A stretch of DNA of 63,986 nucleotides, the filler included, from Choristocarpus tenellus KU-1152 (Eukaryota > Protista > Phaeophyceae), in NCBI GenBank assembly GCA_964200185.2. It is 10 parts of 10 records of this genome, joined end to end, with 100 filler letters (N's around TTAATTAATTAA, not from the genome) between each part and the next. Parts side by side here need not be neighbours in the genome. Positions count along the whole stretch, not along the records: positions 37,676 to 43,823 come from CAXNAD020008829.1; positions 43,924 to 53,885 come from CAXNAD020003241.1; 8 more parts are not named here. One strand, written 5' to 3'. Below are positions 38,480-50,559 of the stretch, in pieces. Numbering within the stretch: position 1 is the stretch's first letter; each line of letters begins with the position of its first letter. The notes beneath the pieces are model-generated. The model was given only the letters and a program-made list of their open reading frames with translations, had not been told where the DNA came from and made no database searches. A program made the position numbers and the translations under genes.

Positions 38480-39320
38480 TGCCTTTAAAGTAGGGAAGGA
38501 ATGTCAGTTCCTATAGAAAATACGGCTTTTGTAAATTTGACCATCTTCTGGAAGGGGAGGAAGAAATCATTGAGGCAATCAAAGATGGCAGGAAGGGGCG
38601 ACTTTGTCCTAGAAACCCACCCAGCCAGTCAACTCATCTGACGCCAACGTCAATTAATTAGGATCCTTTTATTCCACCCAGCAACAAAAGGAAGACGTGG
38701 GGGGATCAACAACGAGGAACTGGTGGTGGCCTTAGGTATCTGGGGGGGGCTCCCCCCTCCAGTCAACATCTGGTAGGGCGGGGATCTATACCATGGTGTT
38801 CATATGGGTCACGACCAGGAAAAGTGCACTTATATTATCCATTCGGTGTATGCAACCAAATCACACAAAAGTCGCGACATGAAAAAATTGACCCCAAATG
38901 GACACCCGCCACCACCACTTCCACCAGATGCTTGGAGTGATAATGGCGGCGTTCGATGTGTTTCCGCAAGGGGGACTGGGGCGAATCTTGTAGATTCTCT
39001 TTTGGAAATTGAAGGTGATAGTGCTGGGGCCGAATGGTGACAATGTCTTCAAAATTATGGGGATATTGAGTAGGAAAAGCTTGGGAAGGCAGGCAAGCTC
39101 CACCCAAATGGTTTGGTGAATGTGGCGAAATACTTAACTGGAATGTAGTTTTGGACGGTTTTGGGGGGTGGAATCGAATAGTGTAGGCAGCCCCATTTTG
39201 GTTGAGATTTTCTTGGGCAACGTTTTAGTGTTTGCACAATAAACCCATAAAATATGAACTTGCGAAAAAAATCTGCTTCTTCATCAGGGTTGCAAAGGTC
39301 ATGTATGTTTAAATTCATCT
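38480..39320 (+). mobile_element. Mariner (DD39D-type) 3' relic, interrupted by a MITE
   Basis: ETHPASQ/NSSDANVN*LGSFYSTQQQKEDVG...ELVVA|IMAAFDV...GDNVFK aligns with 56370-56760. Confidence 0.7.
38728..38939 (-). mobile_element. MITE family B, diverged full copy nested in the mariner relic
   Basis: Degenerate TIRs GGCCTTAGGTATCTGGGG / CCAGATGCTTGGAGTG. The interior matches the reverse complement of 2970-3121. Confidence 0.7.
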
Positions 39321-42207
39321 CTCATCTCTCCCTGTTTTGTTATGAGTGGACAAGTATGCACTAGTGAAGAGATGGTCAAATCACCGGGTAGATCGTACCT
39401 ATGAGCGCTGAAGTGCCTGTTCATTACAAAATATATCCTTTTCACGAAATGTGTTTCATTGATCATGAAATGAGTGACCTCAACAAGAGCAAAGATTCAC
39501 CACTAAATAAGCGGTAGAGATTTAAGCTGAGTCATATTTGTTCTTCATTTTGAGTTACATCATCCCCCAACCTGATGCATTGACCGTACCATCACCCTGT
39601 ATCTCATTAAAATATAGATACTGCACACCTTCAAATGCTAAGAGACTGAATAAATACACACACAACAGAAGATTAGGGCTCATTTCGACAAACTTGTCAC
39701 CACATGCACACTACGCTACGCATGAGAAAATTCCGACATTTCCTCTAACAAAAGCTCTGAATGATGACGAAAATAACAGTTTCCGCAAATTATCCACTCT
39801 GTTTTGTTAGTAACTCCAATTTTAAAAATTCTTCGTTATCTCTGGTGAGAATGCTCTTCAAAAGAGGCTCATTTCCAGCCAAATTCGTTGAGACCCTCCT
39901 CATAAATCAGGCATCTCAAATTGTTTCGAACCACAGCTTCTACCTCATGTGATTAAACTCTTCCTGTCGGATTATGTAACAGGAAGTTTTTTCTGGAAGG
40001 TTTGACTACACGCATATTTTCCAATATACAAAAGAGCACCTTTACCTTGTCAAATACCTTGAGCCCATTTTCGGAAATTCGGCTATTCTCAAGCGAAATT
40101 CTTGCAAGTAATTGCCGTTAATCCCAAACTATGTTTGGACAGGGTACATGGCAGCATGGGGATGGTTCTTTCTTGGATCGAACCTATTGAAGGAGTTCCC
40201 AGAAAATTTAAACAGCAGACAATGCCTAGTCCTCTTCTCATCTTTATCTACGTACATGTCATTCTCACTAATGTTGCACAGTCGGTTGTTGATCTGACAC
40301 CAGAGTTCCAGTAACAAGAAAGCAAAAAAAAGTGATATTTGTCATCTGTGTTCTTAGCCACAACCAATGCTACCATGCTGTATCTATACAGCATGCTTTG
40401 AACTACTACAACAGGCTCTATCCAGAATACCTAAGAACAAAGAAAGTTATTTCCTCATACTGCATAACAGCATGTTATTGGCAGTTTGCACATGGAGGCA
40501 ACTGATGCTATTCGGTAATTACAGAACTCTCCCAATGCTACGTGGAATATGGATACGCATTAGTAGATGTGACTATACACACATAGCACAGTTGGTCACC
40601 CGTAATTTTCATAGTTTGTTTCTCAGTTGGAATTCCAGTAACAATATTGCACCCTTCGATTGAAGAGCTTATATATGCAACAATACACAGAGAAGCGGTA
40701 GGTAGAGCTCAAAGAAAGAACAGGCAACAACAGGAAGCGACAAATTTAAGGCATAGGAACCGTAACATTTGCTCTATCGGCCACAATCCACCAGCATAGA
40801 CATAGGACTATCACTGGACCACAAAAATTACATATAGTTTACTTTGCATACAGTCAATACACCCAAACACACACACAAATCCCACTCGCACAGTAGAGCA
40901 TGTGACTTCATTCTGAAGCAGGAAAAACTTGTACCGAGTCAATTACAGAAGTTACCCCTTAACCAACACCTTGAACCAAATCATATGAAAGGGAGACCAG
41001 CTGCAAATGGTGATAATCCTCACGTGACTTAGGAGTCATCCTGAGAGCTACAAAATGCTGTAAATCAAAATTATCAGTTCATCAACTGACTGGAGCAATC
41101 CAATCATGCATGCCAAAGTTTATAGGAATGGCAGATTGTGCTGGAGAGGGCTCATAGAAGTTGCGAGCATAGACCCGGCAGTCCGCCTGTTTTGATACAG
41201 CAAGCAGAAGAATAATGAGTATCTACAGCTTGTACCTGTACATGAATCTGCCACACTTATACAGTGTGAGTGTGTATGTGTATGTGCTTGCATGGGGTAC
41301 AAATCAAAGAAACTTCAAGCCTACAGGATGAAGAACTCATTTCCCAGTACATCGATAAGATTGAATATGTACGTGCCAAAGTCTAGCAGAGAACAAGTTC
41401 AGCAACACCACCCAACTCCTACAGCACCTGAGGCAACACCACGACTTGGAGGTTGTCTGATAGGGAGACAGTCAATAGCTGCATTTTGCACAGGCTTAAA
41501 ACTCCACCCCCTGCTGCAACTTTTCCACCCCCTAAATCTAGGAAGGCTCAACCAACCACAATCCTCAATACAAAGCCAGATATGTCTCCCTACCATATGT
41601 CATGCAAACCTTCCAATCATGTCTTCAGAGGAAATCATATGTTCCCAAGCAAGCAGTGTATTTATATCTCCCAACAGAGAAAGATTCAGCAAGGAAACCA
41701 AGGCCAACAGTGTTGTATCTCTACCAAGACGTACCTTTGCCTCAATATCTTCTTACAACCCCACACACTACCGGAAATAGTACCTAGGGATGATGTACGT
41801 TCTGTATCAATCTGTCTTTAAATTGAACCTTGCAATTTCTTAGCCTACGGTTTACCCCACAGCATTATTATTGCCTTCATACTGCTCACTACTATGCCAC
41901 GAATTCTGGAACGTTCCTGCAAGCTCTTGTCTTCACCTGGAGATTCAAAGAGGTCAACAAATCATGGTGGTGTCACAAGCAATCCTAGAGAGAACATAGG
42001 AAGTAAGGAGATTAAATAAATTTGACGTTTTACTTGTATCCAATTTACTTTACTGATCTCTAGATCAATATTTTGGTACCACCATGTCATGTAACTCCAT
42101 TGTAGTAGTAGTTTTTTTGTTGTGGCAGACGGTCCTTTGACGCAACATTAAAAAAACCTTCACACACTCTGAGACACCTGACTTGTTCCAATTTGGGGGC
42201 AAATTCA

Positions 42208-43823
42208 TCATGGTGGCAACAACAGTGCGTGCCTAGAGGTGTGCCGCGCTGCCTCCTCAGGGGAGGAAGGGAATAACTCCACGTAGCGGCTACCCATGTG
42301 GTTTCCATTGCGCTGCATAGCCGCCTGAAAAGTTGGTTTGGTCAAATGTGAAGATACACCAGAGGGAAAGGTAATCTGGTGATCAGGAATGGCATCAAGA
42401 GGCCAAAGGCACAAGGACAATGTTTACAGTGCAAATTTCCGGAATAGCGGCCGCTACAACTGGTTGCACTAATGATGATCATACCCAAGGGAAGCACACA
42501 AAGCTTACATAATGAAGGTTTGGACTTGTATCACCACATCAATACACAGTCAATCATTAGAAGAAAAATTATGTGCATATCTCACAAAATCACACCGTCC
42601 ACAAAAATGAGTTCCAACTTCACACTACATGATTCAGGGTAATAACATGCATGAAACAACAGCAAGATGACAAAAATAATCCTAACAACTCAGTCTTGTG
42701 ATACGTTTACAGACACCATCTACTCCTACAAAAAAAAGAGGTCAAGATCTCTGTTCCCCCAACAACCGAGGCTCCTTTGCACTTCACAAAACATAGCCAC
42801 CACGCCATGTCTACCTATCCCCATGTCATAGAAAAAACACCACACAAATAAACATATTTTCTTTCCATTATAAAACTCATTAAAATCACAAATATTTTTA
42901 AAATAACATGTGATACCATATGACAGTGCAAAATCAACATGTACAAAAATTTAGTACATCCCATTCAGCACTAGCGTGCCTCCTTCACTTGCCATGTGAC
43001 TTCCCCTGCCCCATACATTTATTTGGAGTCAGGTCAAGTCTGAGGACCTGGAAAAGTAGACCAACAGAAAAGTTCGAAAAGAAAGAAGAGCCATTTGAAT
43101 GCCTCCATATGTAATCATCATACCTCAGCATCTTGGGGTGTGGCCATAGAAACAAACGCCTCCCCAGTCACTCTCCCATCACTCCTCACTACAAACTGGA
43201 TAGTCTCCTCCAACGGTGATAGACCTGCATTGGTTAGGGTTAGGGTAAGAAATGGACAAAGAAATGATCAATTTTGTGTCATAGAAAAGTAGGTGGTGCG
43301 ACGAGCAACACTTGCATCAAAAAAAGTGATCTCACCTTCAGTACATAAAATATATATACCTCATAAATACTTACTGTCCTATCAACCTTGTTACAATGTT
43401 GTATTAAGATTACTATTTAATCTTGGCCTCCGCAGTTTCATCTGGCACATATCTCTCAACTAAGGCAAGTATCAATTAGGGCAAGTTGCAAACTACAAAA
43501 TATACTCACAATTCAAACTTGATCAATTAAATTTCTAAGGACAAACAGTGTCCTTCAACAGCACATAACCTCAACCTGTTGTGACAAAAGTATCCACATG
43601 AGACAGAAATGTCAAAACAAAAGTGTACAAGGTAAGTACAACCAATGCCTACTATTTTTACCTTGGAAGAAATTGATGACATCCTGCTTGGTAGCTGAGA
43701 ACGGCAGACCCCTCATGCGAAGCACCCCTGTGTGAACAGCAGGCATGGCATTGCCCATGGCATCCACACCCATGCCTCCCCCCCCAATGCCATTCGGACC
43801 ACCAATGCCACTTCCCATTCCCC
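42208..43823 (-). CDS. hnRNP F/H / ESRP-type quasi-RRM RNA-binding protein, 3' part (5' end lost in the gap)
   Basis: Exons 43823-43662, 43224-43124, 42324-42208. Spliced product VLRMRGLPFSATKQDVINFFQGLSPLEETIQFVVRSDGRVTGEAFVSMATPQDAEAAMQRNGNHMGSRYVELF carries the hallmark motifs RGLPF, GEAFV and RYVELF. Confidence 0.9.
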
Positions 43824-43923
43824 NNNNNNNNNNNNNNNNNNNNNNNNNNNNNNNNNNNNNNNNNNNNTTAATTAATTAANNNNNNNNNNNNNNNNNNNNN
43901 NNNNNNNNNNNNNNNNNNNNNNN

Positions 43924-43974
43924 ATGGATACCCTGGTGCAGCCCCCCCCTCCCCCCCCCCAGATACTTTGAGCC
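43924..43974 (+). mobile_element. MITE family B right end at a contig start
   Basis: (C)n-AGATACTTTGAGCC is the exact reverse complement of GGCTCAAAGTATCT. A similar end occurs at 27739-27783. Confidence 0.7.
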
Positions 43975-44264
43975 ACAAGGATGCAGTAACATCCCTTCAA
44001 TATTGAGGGATACAGACCATTCTGCCTGTGACAAAATCACCGTATTTGCCATCGATTGGAATCTAAGAATAAAAATGCGTTCTTCCAGATTCTGAAATGA
44101 AACAATATACTACCTCTGTGCCAAAAGTCTGTGTTGCGAAACTTCTGGGCTCGCTGAGCGAGAAATGTGCCAAATCAAACGATAACCCCACAGAATGAAA
44201 TCGGGTTGACAATCTCAGCTTTCAGAAATGGTGGGGGTCGAGGATCATCAGGTACAAACTCGAG

Positions 44265-45440
44265 GTGCTTCAAGTCATCAAAGTAGGGGTCTTTTGGGGT
44301 GATGTTGAGGCCATAGCTGGGCACGTCGAGGGTCAGAACGTCGGCATAGCAACCCCCTCGTCGACCCCCCCGCGTAGGAAGGGTGCCCAAGTGTCCCTCA
44401 ATACCAGGGTTGCACTTGCAGTGTGGCACGCCTTCGCGATGGCCCCTGGTGAGCATACACTGCCGCGACACATTGAGTTGGCCGTCGTACTGGAGTTGGG
44501 AGTGTCCGAGCGTTACATGCGAGGGCTCTGGGAGGACATCGCCGATCAGCTCGCCAACGGCCACATGCTTGACCTAGGGCTGGCAGCACGTAGTGGGCGA
44601 CCTTCGGAGCTCACACCAACCAAGATGAATGCAATACCTAGTATCAACTCCGATGATCAGTCATCCACAGTGCGTCAGGTGACAATGAGGATGGCCACCA
44701 AGGGGCTCAATTATAGCACGAGCACCATAAACAGGTGGTTGGATTATATGACACGGATGCCGAATCGCCGCTGGATCAAACCCAAGCTTAAGTCGTGGCA
44801 AAAGGTATAGAGAATGGACTTTGTTTGCATTTAAGTGGACTGGAAACGTGGTGTGTACGCCTTCATAGCAAACACGATCCATGTGGCTGAAACATGGTTT
44901 TACATGATGGCTGATGGGGGAAGGGTTAGGACATTTCTGTATGAGGATGATAGTGACCTTCCAGGGTCCCCTACTGTGCAGTACAAGAGTCATATCCCCA
45001 AAACCATGATCATTGCAGTCAACGTTTGCCCAGATTCCGCTCACAGCTTTGATGGAAAGCTTGGCGTGTGTGCGCGCCAAAAATGGCAGACAGGACAAGC
45101 AAAAACCATAAAAAGGGGGATGTGTATGAGCAGGACTGTACTTTAGACCATTTGTTGTACAGGAAGTGGTACACAGGGGAGTTACTGCCTGCAATCAAGA
45201 CCAAAATTCCTTGGTTCCAGGGAAGCATATTGTTGTTCAGCAAAACGGTGCCACCCCCCACACAGGGAAGGGCAACTCGGAAATCTGGAAGACTGAAGGG
45301 TGGTTGATTAGACTTGTGACGCAGCCATCTAGCCCTTTTAGGGGTCTGTTTAAGAGGTACAATCAGGTGTTAAGGGCGCTGGGGGGGAACGATTTTGAGG
45401 TAGAGCATAACGGGACCAAAAGAAGGCAGTAGTGGGAGGG
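44265..45440 (+). mobile_element. Mariner-like (DD39D-type) transposase pseudogene
   Basis: SGRP..., RWIKPKL, IHVAETWFY (HIDEKWFY), KSHIPKTMIIAV..FDGKLG, RTSKNHKKG, LLPAIK, IVVQQNGATPHTG (QQDNA.PH), IRLVTQP, GGNDFEVEH. Stops, frameshifts and an internal deletion. Confidence 0.85.
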
Positions 45441-45732
45441 CAGGTTGGCAAGATCAGTCGAAGTAGGCCAAGCAACCACGGCGGCCCTGGATTGATGGGT
45501 TGATGGTGTCGAAAAATGGCAAGACATGGTCTTTTTATGTTAAATATTCCAAAGAATCCAATGCAAAGGTCCGTTTTGTAATCGGAGGTCATCCGAAAGA
45601 GCTACAACGTAACAGCCTAGACATATGGGATAGAGGGAGTACATAATAATATCAGTGGTGTGAAATACTTCGAAGCAATATACTCTGTGTTGTTGGATAA
45701 GAATATTACTTCGTTTGAGGATATGGAGAAAA

Positions 45733-45990
45733 GAGTAAAAGCATCTTAGAGAGTAGAGCCTGGTCCATTTGGGGACCAAAATCCAATGTTGCGATTTTGA
45801 TGTAATTTTGACTGTATCATGTTTGTTCGGTAGTGTCAATATCCTTGTTGTCACACCTTATCATAACATACACATTTAAGGTACTCCGAAACATTTCGGA
45901 GTAGGTAAAATGTCTTTAAAAACCCGTGGGACTCCAAGTCCCAAACGGATAAACAGGGCAAAACTCGTACCCTCTAAGATACTTTCACCC
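45733..45990 (-). mobile_element. MITE family A, full copy with AAA target-site duplication
   Basis: AAA|GAGTAAAAGCATCTTAGAGAGTA...TACCCTCTAAGATACTTTCACCC|AAA. Confidence 0.85.
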
Positions 45991-47751
45991 AAAGACACAA
46001 CATTATAAATCTGTACACCTATTAGAAATATATTAACATATCAAAATATAGCTCTTGGTTTGTACTTTATATAGTGCTATTCCAAAGTATACTGTACATA
46101 TATGGTACATAAAAATAGTAGTAGTAGTATTTGGACTCTGCATTATAGGTGTTCTAATAAGGATATGTCTGTATAATGAACCGAACATGAGGCAGCGTCA
46201 TTCTTGGTTGTTCCCATTCGGTTCCCTATATATTATACTTAGGAATATATAATGGAAACACTGACAGAGAATCGTATGACCACCAAAAAACGTGGGTGCT
46301 GCATTTCTGCATATCACAAAAAGCAAAGGGTATAAAAATCAAAACACAGGAAATCTCCTCCTTTTACCCTCCAAAGAAAATATTGCTCTAATTCTCAGGT
46401 AGTGCGTAGTACCTAATCAAGTCAGGTCATGCCAAAATGATGTCTATGGGACTCCTCTTGGTCTGGTTTTCACCTCATTCATCAACACTGGACATGATAG
46501 TTCATCAACCTTCACACCGCATAGTAGTATTGTAGCAGTAGTAGTGTAACATACATATTTCAAATATATGAAGCAAATAAGGCATTGACTCTTCGTCCAT
46601 ACCATCTATCTACCATATTGCCATCACACGGGAGCCACCCTTGACGGGAGAACCCTCCCCTCTACTATGGCAGCCATTACCACCCCCCTTTTAATTTGTT
46701 TTTTTGGCACATTGACAACAGATCTATCATATTGTGCTTGAAGTGAAGGGTGAAAGGCAAAAGCTGGGGCACTTTAACAGGCATGTTTACCCCATAATCC
46801 CCACACGAATTCTAAGCCATACAAACTCTAGCCGTTTTGTATAATATTATAGAACTCTTGACCTGTTGTTAAAAGTTGTAGTTGCAGCAGTGTGAGGTAG
46901 TCATTTACCACTATGCAGTTCATTCATGCTGCCATGAAATTGATGTATGTAGTTTTGCACAACCACCTAAATGATGACAGTTTGAATGGGAAGTGTATAG
47001 TTAGAGGCGATATGTTACCCCAAATGCAGTGCATACTCTGCAAAGCATCAATCTTTGAACAAAGGCTACATGATGGTGCAGATGAGAGTATCACACACTT
47101 TCTATTGTAAGTGCAACGTCAATAGAGAGGTCAAACATTTGGTAACTTATTGCAAAAAACGGTAGAGTCCTGTCAAAGTGCCCTGACTTGCACCTGCAAT
47201 CCTTCACTTCATGTAAAAAGAAGGATGAATCGGTTAGTCAATGCGCCACAAAAACAGATGGAAAAAATGGGGGGGGTTCAATCCTTAAATAGGAGGTGGG
47301 GGAATGGCACCCCCCTCCCCAAAAAGAAGAAAAGCACTTGCAAAATCAAACATGTATATATGCAACTTTTGCCTAGCTTGCATCTTCTCTTCACGGTAAA
47401 TCGACAAGAGAGATCAATCAATTCATGAACATGCCAACCTGTATCTACGAAGATTTACATTGATCAACCTCGACCAAAGCTCTGCTATCAATAGTTAGCA
47501 TACGATGCACAGCAAGGGCGCAGGAGAACACATAAAGTATGCGGCAGCAACCCCCACATGTGCAATAGGTACACTTTCCACAAGATCGGGACTAACACAT
47601 ACTGGAATGACGCAGTACTCCACATGTCAACATGTCAATAGCATGAGCGGCACACTTCATCCAGAAGTCTATCGGTAGCTATATCCTTCCCAGCATCACC
47701 AATTCTGCAAAGAAGGTCTCCTTCAAACGATAGGTGTTGCATATAGCATAC

Positions 47752-49978
47752 TCAAACCACAAGCCTTAGTGGAACGGTTTCAATCATGTTGTACATCGAT
47801 TCCAGGAACCCTCCTCCACCACCGCCCACCTCTTCCCTAAGTGGGGGAAATAACTCCTCTAAGGCTGAAACGAGTGCGGACTCGCTTTCAAAAACTCGCA
47901 CATGCGCCCCTGTAAACCCCAGGTGTGGGCGTGAATGTGAATCAAACAAGAGCCACGGCTCAGGGCAAGAATAGGCTGGGAAGCCTTGTACACTGCCAGA
48001 TGACTTGGTCTTTGGAGGTAAAAAAGCAACAACCTAATGTGACCCCAAAAGGGTTCAAGTTATCACAGAAGGCGGGACAGGAGGGGGGAATGTGGTGACA
48101 ATTAGCAAAGTGGATCATTGGCAATGCAACCTCTCTTTTGAACCACCACAATGATAGCAAAAACACAGTACACACAATCTTTCAGATGATCAAAATCTAC
48201 AACGAATATATATATATATATGAAAACAACTTAGCACATGCCCATTGTTCAAAGCAATATCAAATCAAGGTCATACATTGCAAAAACAAAAACTAGTCAT
48301 ACTCCTCTCACTGTCTCCGGTGGTTTAGTTATGGTGACTGCAGTATGAAAAGCATCCCCTCCGGCTCCTTCTCGGCAGTTATGCAGTAAAGTGGTGAACG
48401 AATTTGAGGAGCCTAGAACACCTTGGTAGACCCCAATACCAAGGGCACGTCTTAATCCCTCCTTGTACCTGTTGAATATGAGATCATTCAACATAAACAG
48501 GTTAGGATTTGGAATATGAAAACAAGAGTAAAGCGAACACAGAAACCCTGTTTGAGACGGAGATTATATTGAGGAAACATTCCCACAATACCTGGAATCA
48601 TGAACCCCAACACACAGCAGTAAAGGTCACAACAACCCTCAGTAGCAGAAGAGTAGATTGTTTGTGATCTGTTGTAAGTGTTGACATGTTCTAGAGTAGT
48701 GACCAACAGAACAAGTCGCCATGATGAGCTAAGTGATAAAAAATACTCTTTTTTAGTAGATACTAATATAATTTCATCTCCACAGATTTATCACACAACC
48801 AGGTTGGGTGATGGCAGGCAGCATAAACTTTCAAGATACAGTGGTACAGCTCTTTATCAATCACACAAAGGAATTCCTGTTCCCCATCAGTGGAAATGAG
48901 ATGATACATCACTAAAAGAAAGGTCTGTGTATGACCTTGTTTCAACCTCACTCAACCGTGTGCTTCACGAATATGAATGGATGTAACCAGTACACCTCGA
49001 TTGGTGCAAGGTTTATCTCCCATCAGGAATACACAGAGTATGCCAAGAGCAACAGAATGAGGGAGGCATCCCACACCCACGAGAACACATATTCAATTCT
49101 GTAAAATACGTGGGAGTATAACCTGTCTCTGTGATAGTAAATAACCAACACAGCAACTATTCAATATTATTGACACCTGGTTACACAGTCAAGCAGTTCT
49201 GGAACAGAAGTATGTTCTGCTTCAACCAGGCCACCAGCCACCACTGCTTCGTAGGTAATGACTCCTACCTCGACAATGCTCTAGGAATGGATGGGGGAGA
49301 TATGGAGAAGAGTGGAGGAGTCAACATTTTCGTACCGTATGCGTGTATTAGGCTTTGAGAAAGTACGCGTCTGATGCGATTGTTTTGATTTACACACAGT
49401 ATCAATAAGCTCCTGAACATATGAGACTTCATTTGAGTCTTCTCAGTTCACACTGGAATGCATCACCGCTACTATGCGTCGAATAGGGTGAAAGTAATCA
49501 CCGATATGGCGTCTGGTGTTGTGATGTCATCTGTGACCTCTTCCAAGGTTTGAGGTCTGTCTTGCAGTCGAGATAGCATCGCCATTGAAGCTTCGAGACA
49601 TATGCATGTGCATGCTGATCTTCCGTGCGGCAGGTCGTATTGACTTATCGATCCTTGGATAGCCTGGGATACGAACGATAGTTCAACGAGAGAAAAGAAA
49701 GACTTGGGGGTTGGGGTCCGTCCACAAAAGACTATTCATGTGCAAGCTGTCGTATACTCCAACACGTGCTACCACATTGAAGCACGTCTCAAGCTCTAAC
49801 ATTGACCCATAGGAGAAGCGCTCACCCGATAAGTTGTTTGTGGTGTGTTGTCGGCAGTACCTTGGAAGAGAAGGCTGTCGCAGGCTGCCTGGACATTCCC
49901 ATCATGCGCTTTTAACGCTGCCTTGGAGAGCTCTTTATCGAACCCCATACCTATCAGCATCTCAAGTTCCTCCGACAT
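47752..49978 (-). CDS. UBA domain + viral-tegument-like (VTD / peptidase C76-like) cysteine protease, putative deubiquitinase, 285 aa, 5 exons
   Basis: Exons 49978-49826, 49663-49502, 49280-49177, 48468-48312, 48033-47752, all GT-AG, phases 0/0/2/0, one open frame. N-terminal UBA (LIGMGFDKELSKAALKAHDGNVQAACDSLL), then QGSISQY..GRSACTCI (Q59, C69), EHTSVPELL, ITKPPETVV and LLFDSHSRP (D223, H225). Confidence 0.85.
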
Positions 49979-50559
49979 TTCCTATAGGTCTTTGTTGAAG
50001 GAGTAGGGGCGAGGAACATGAGTGGAAGAGGAATACGGTGAGGGTGGTTGACTATCGTACCAAGAGTAGATTATGCAGGTCTGCCAAGGCGCTACTACAC
50101 TTCTATTGTCGACTAACAAACGAAGAAAGTCATACTAAAGGCCGAGTAAGTAGAGGACAGGACGACCTCAACATGTGGGTATCAAGTAGCAACAATTGAG
50201 ATAAAATCAAACGCAAAGGGGACAACAACTGCGCTTACAATAGCAACTTTTCATCGTAGAAAATCAGAGGGGGAAGGGATGTCAAAGAGAGAGGTGATGC
50301 AATGAAAGAGAGCACCATCACATGGCTATGGCTGAAACTCCAAGTCGTTGAGGTAGGAAGGAAGGTGATTTAAACCTTCAAGTTTTATTCACTTAATTGG
50401 CATTATTTTTACTTCGACATCTTAAACTTTATTTTTATGATAACTCCATCACCGTGTTGAAGGTTGGTGAGAAACAGGTTAACCGAGCAAACCTCATCCG
50501 TCCCTGGGAATCAACCTGGTTTCTACCTACACCTGAAAGGGTTCGATGTGAAGAGGACC

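Noticed and set aside
39740-40130. Exon-like minus-strand segments (…KVFDK|gtaaag, cag|EEFNHM)
   Set aside because: Could not be chained in a consistent phase.
41292-41821. ORFs of 162 and 122 aa
   Set aside because: No domain signal; antisense to the probable long 3' UTR of the RRM gene.
43924-45990. MITE ends flanking the mariner transposase as if they were its TIRs
   Set aside because: The right-hand unit is a complete MITE with its own AAA TSD, the two ends belong to different families, and neither shows a TA TSD.
46909-46966. Exon-like minus-strand segment VVVQNYIHQFHGSMNELHS
   Set aside because: It lies downstream of the VTD stop codon, with no partner exons or recognisable motif.
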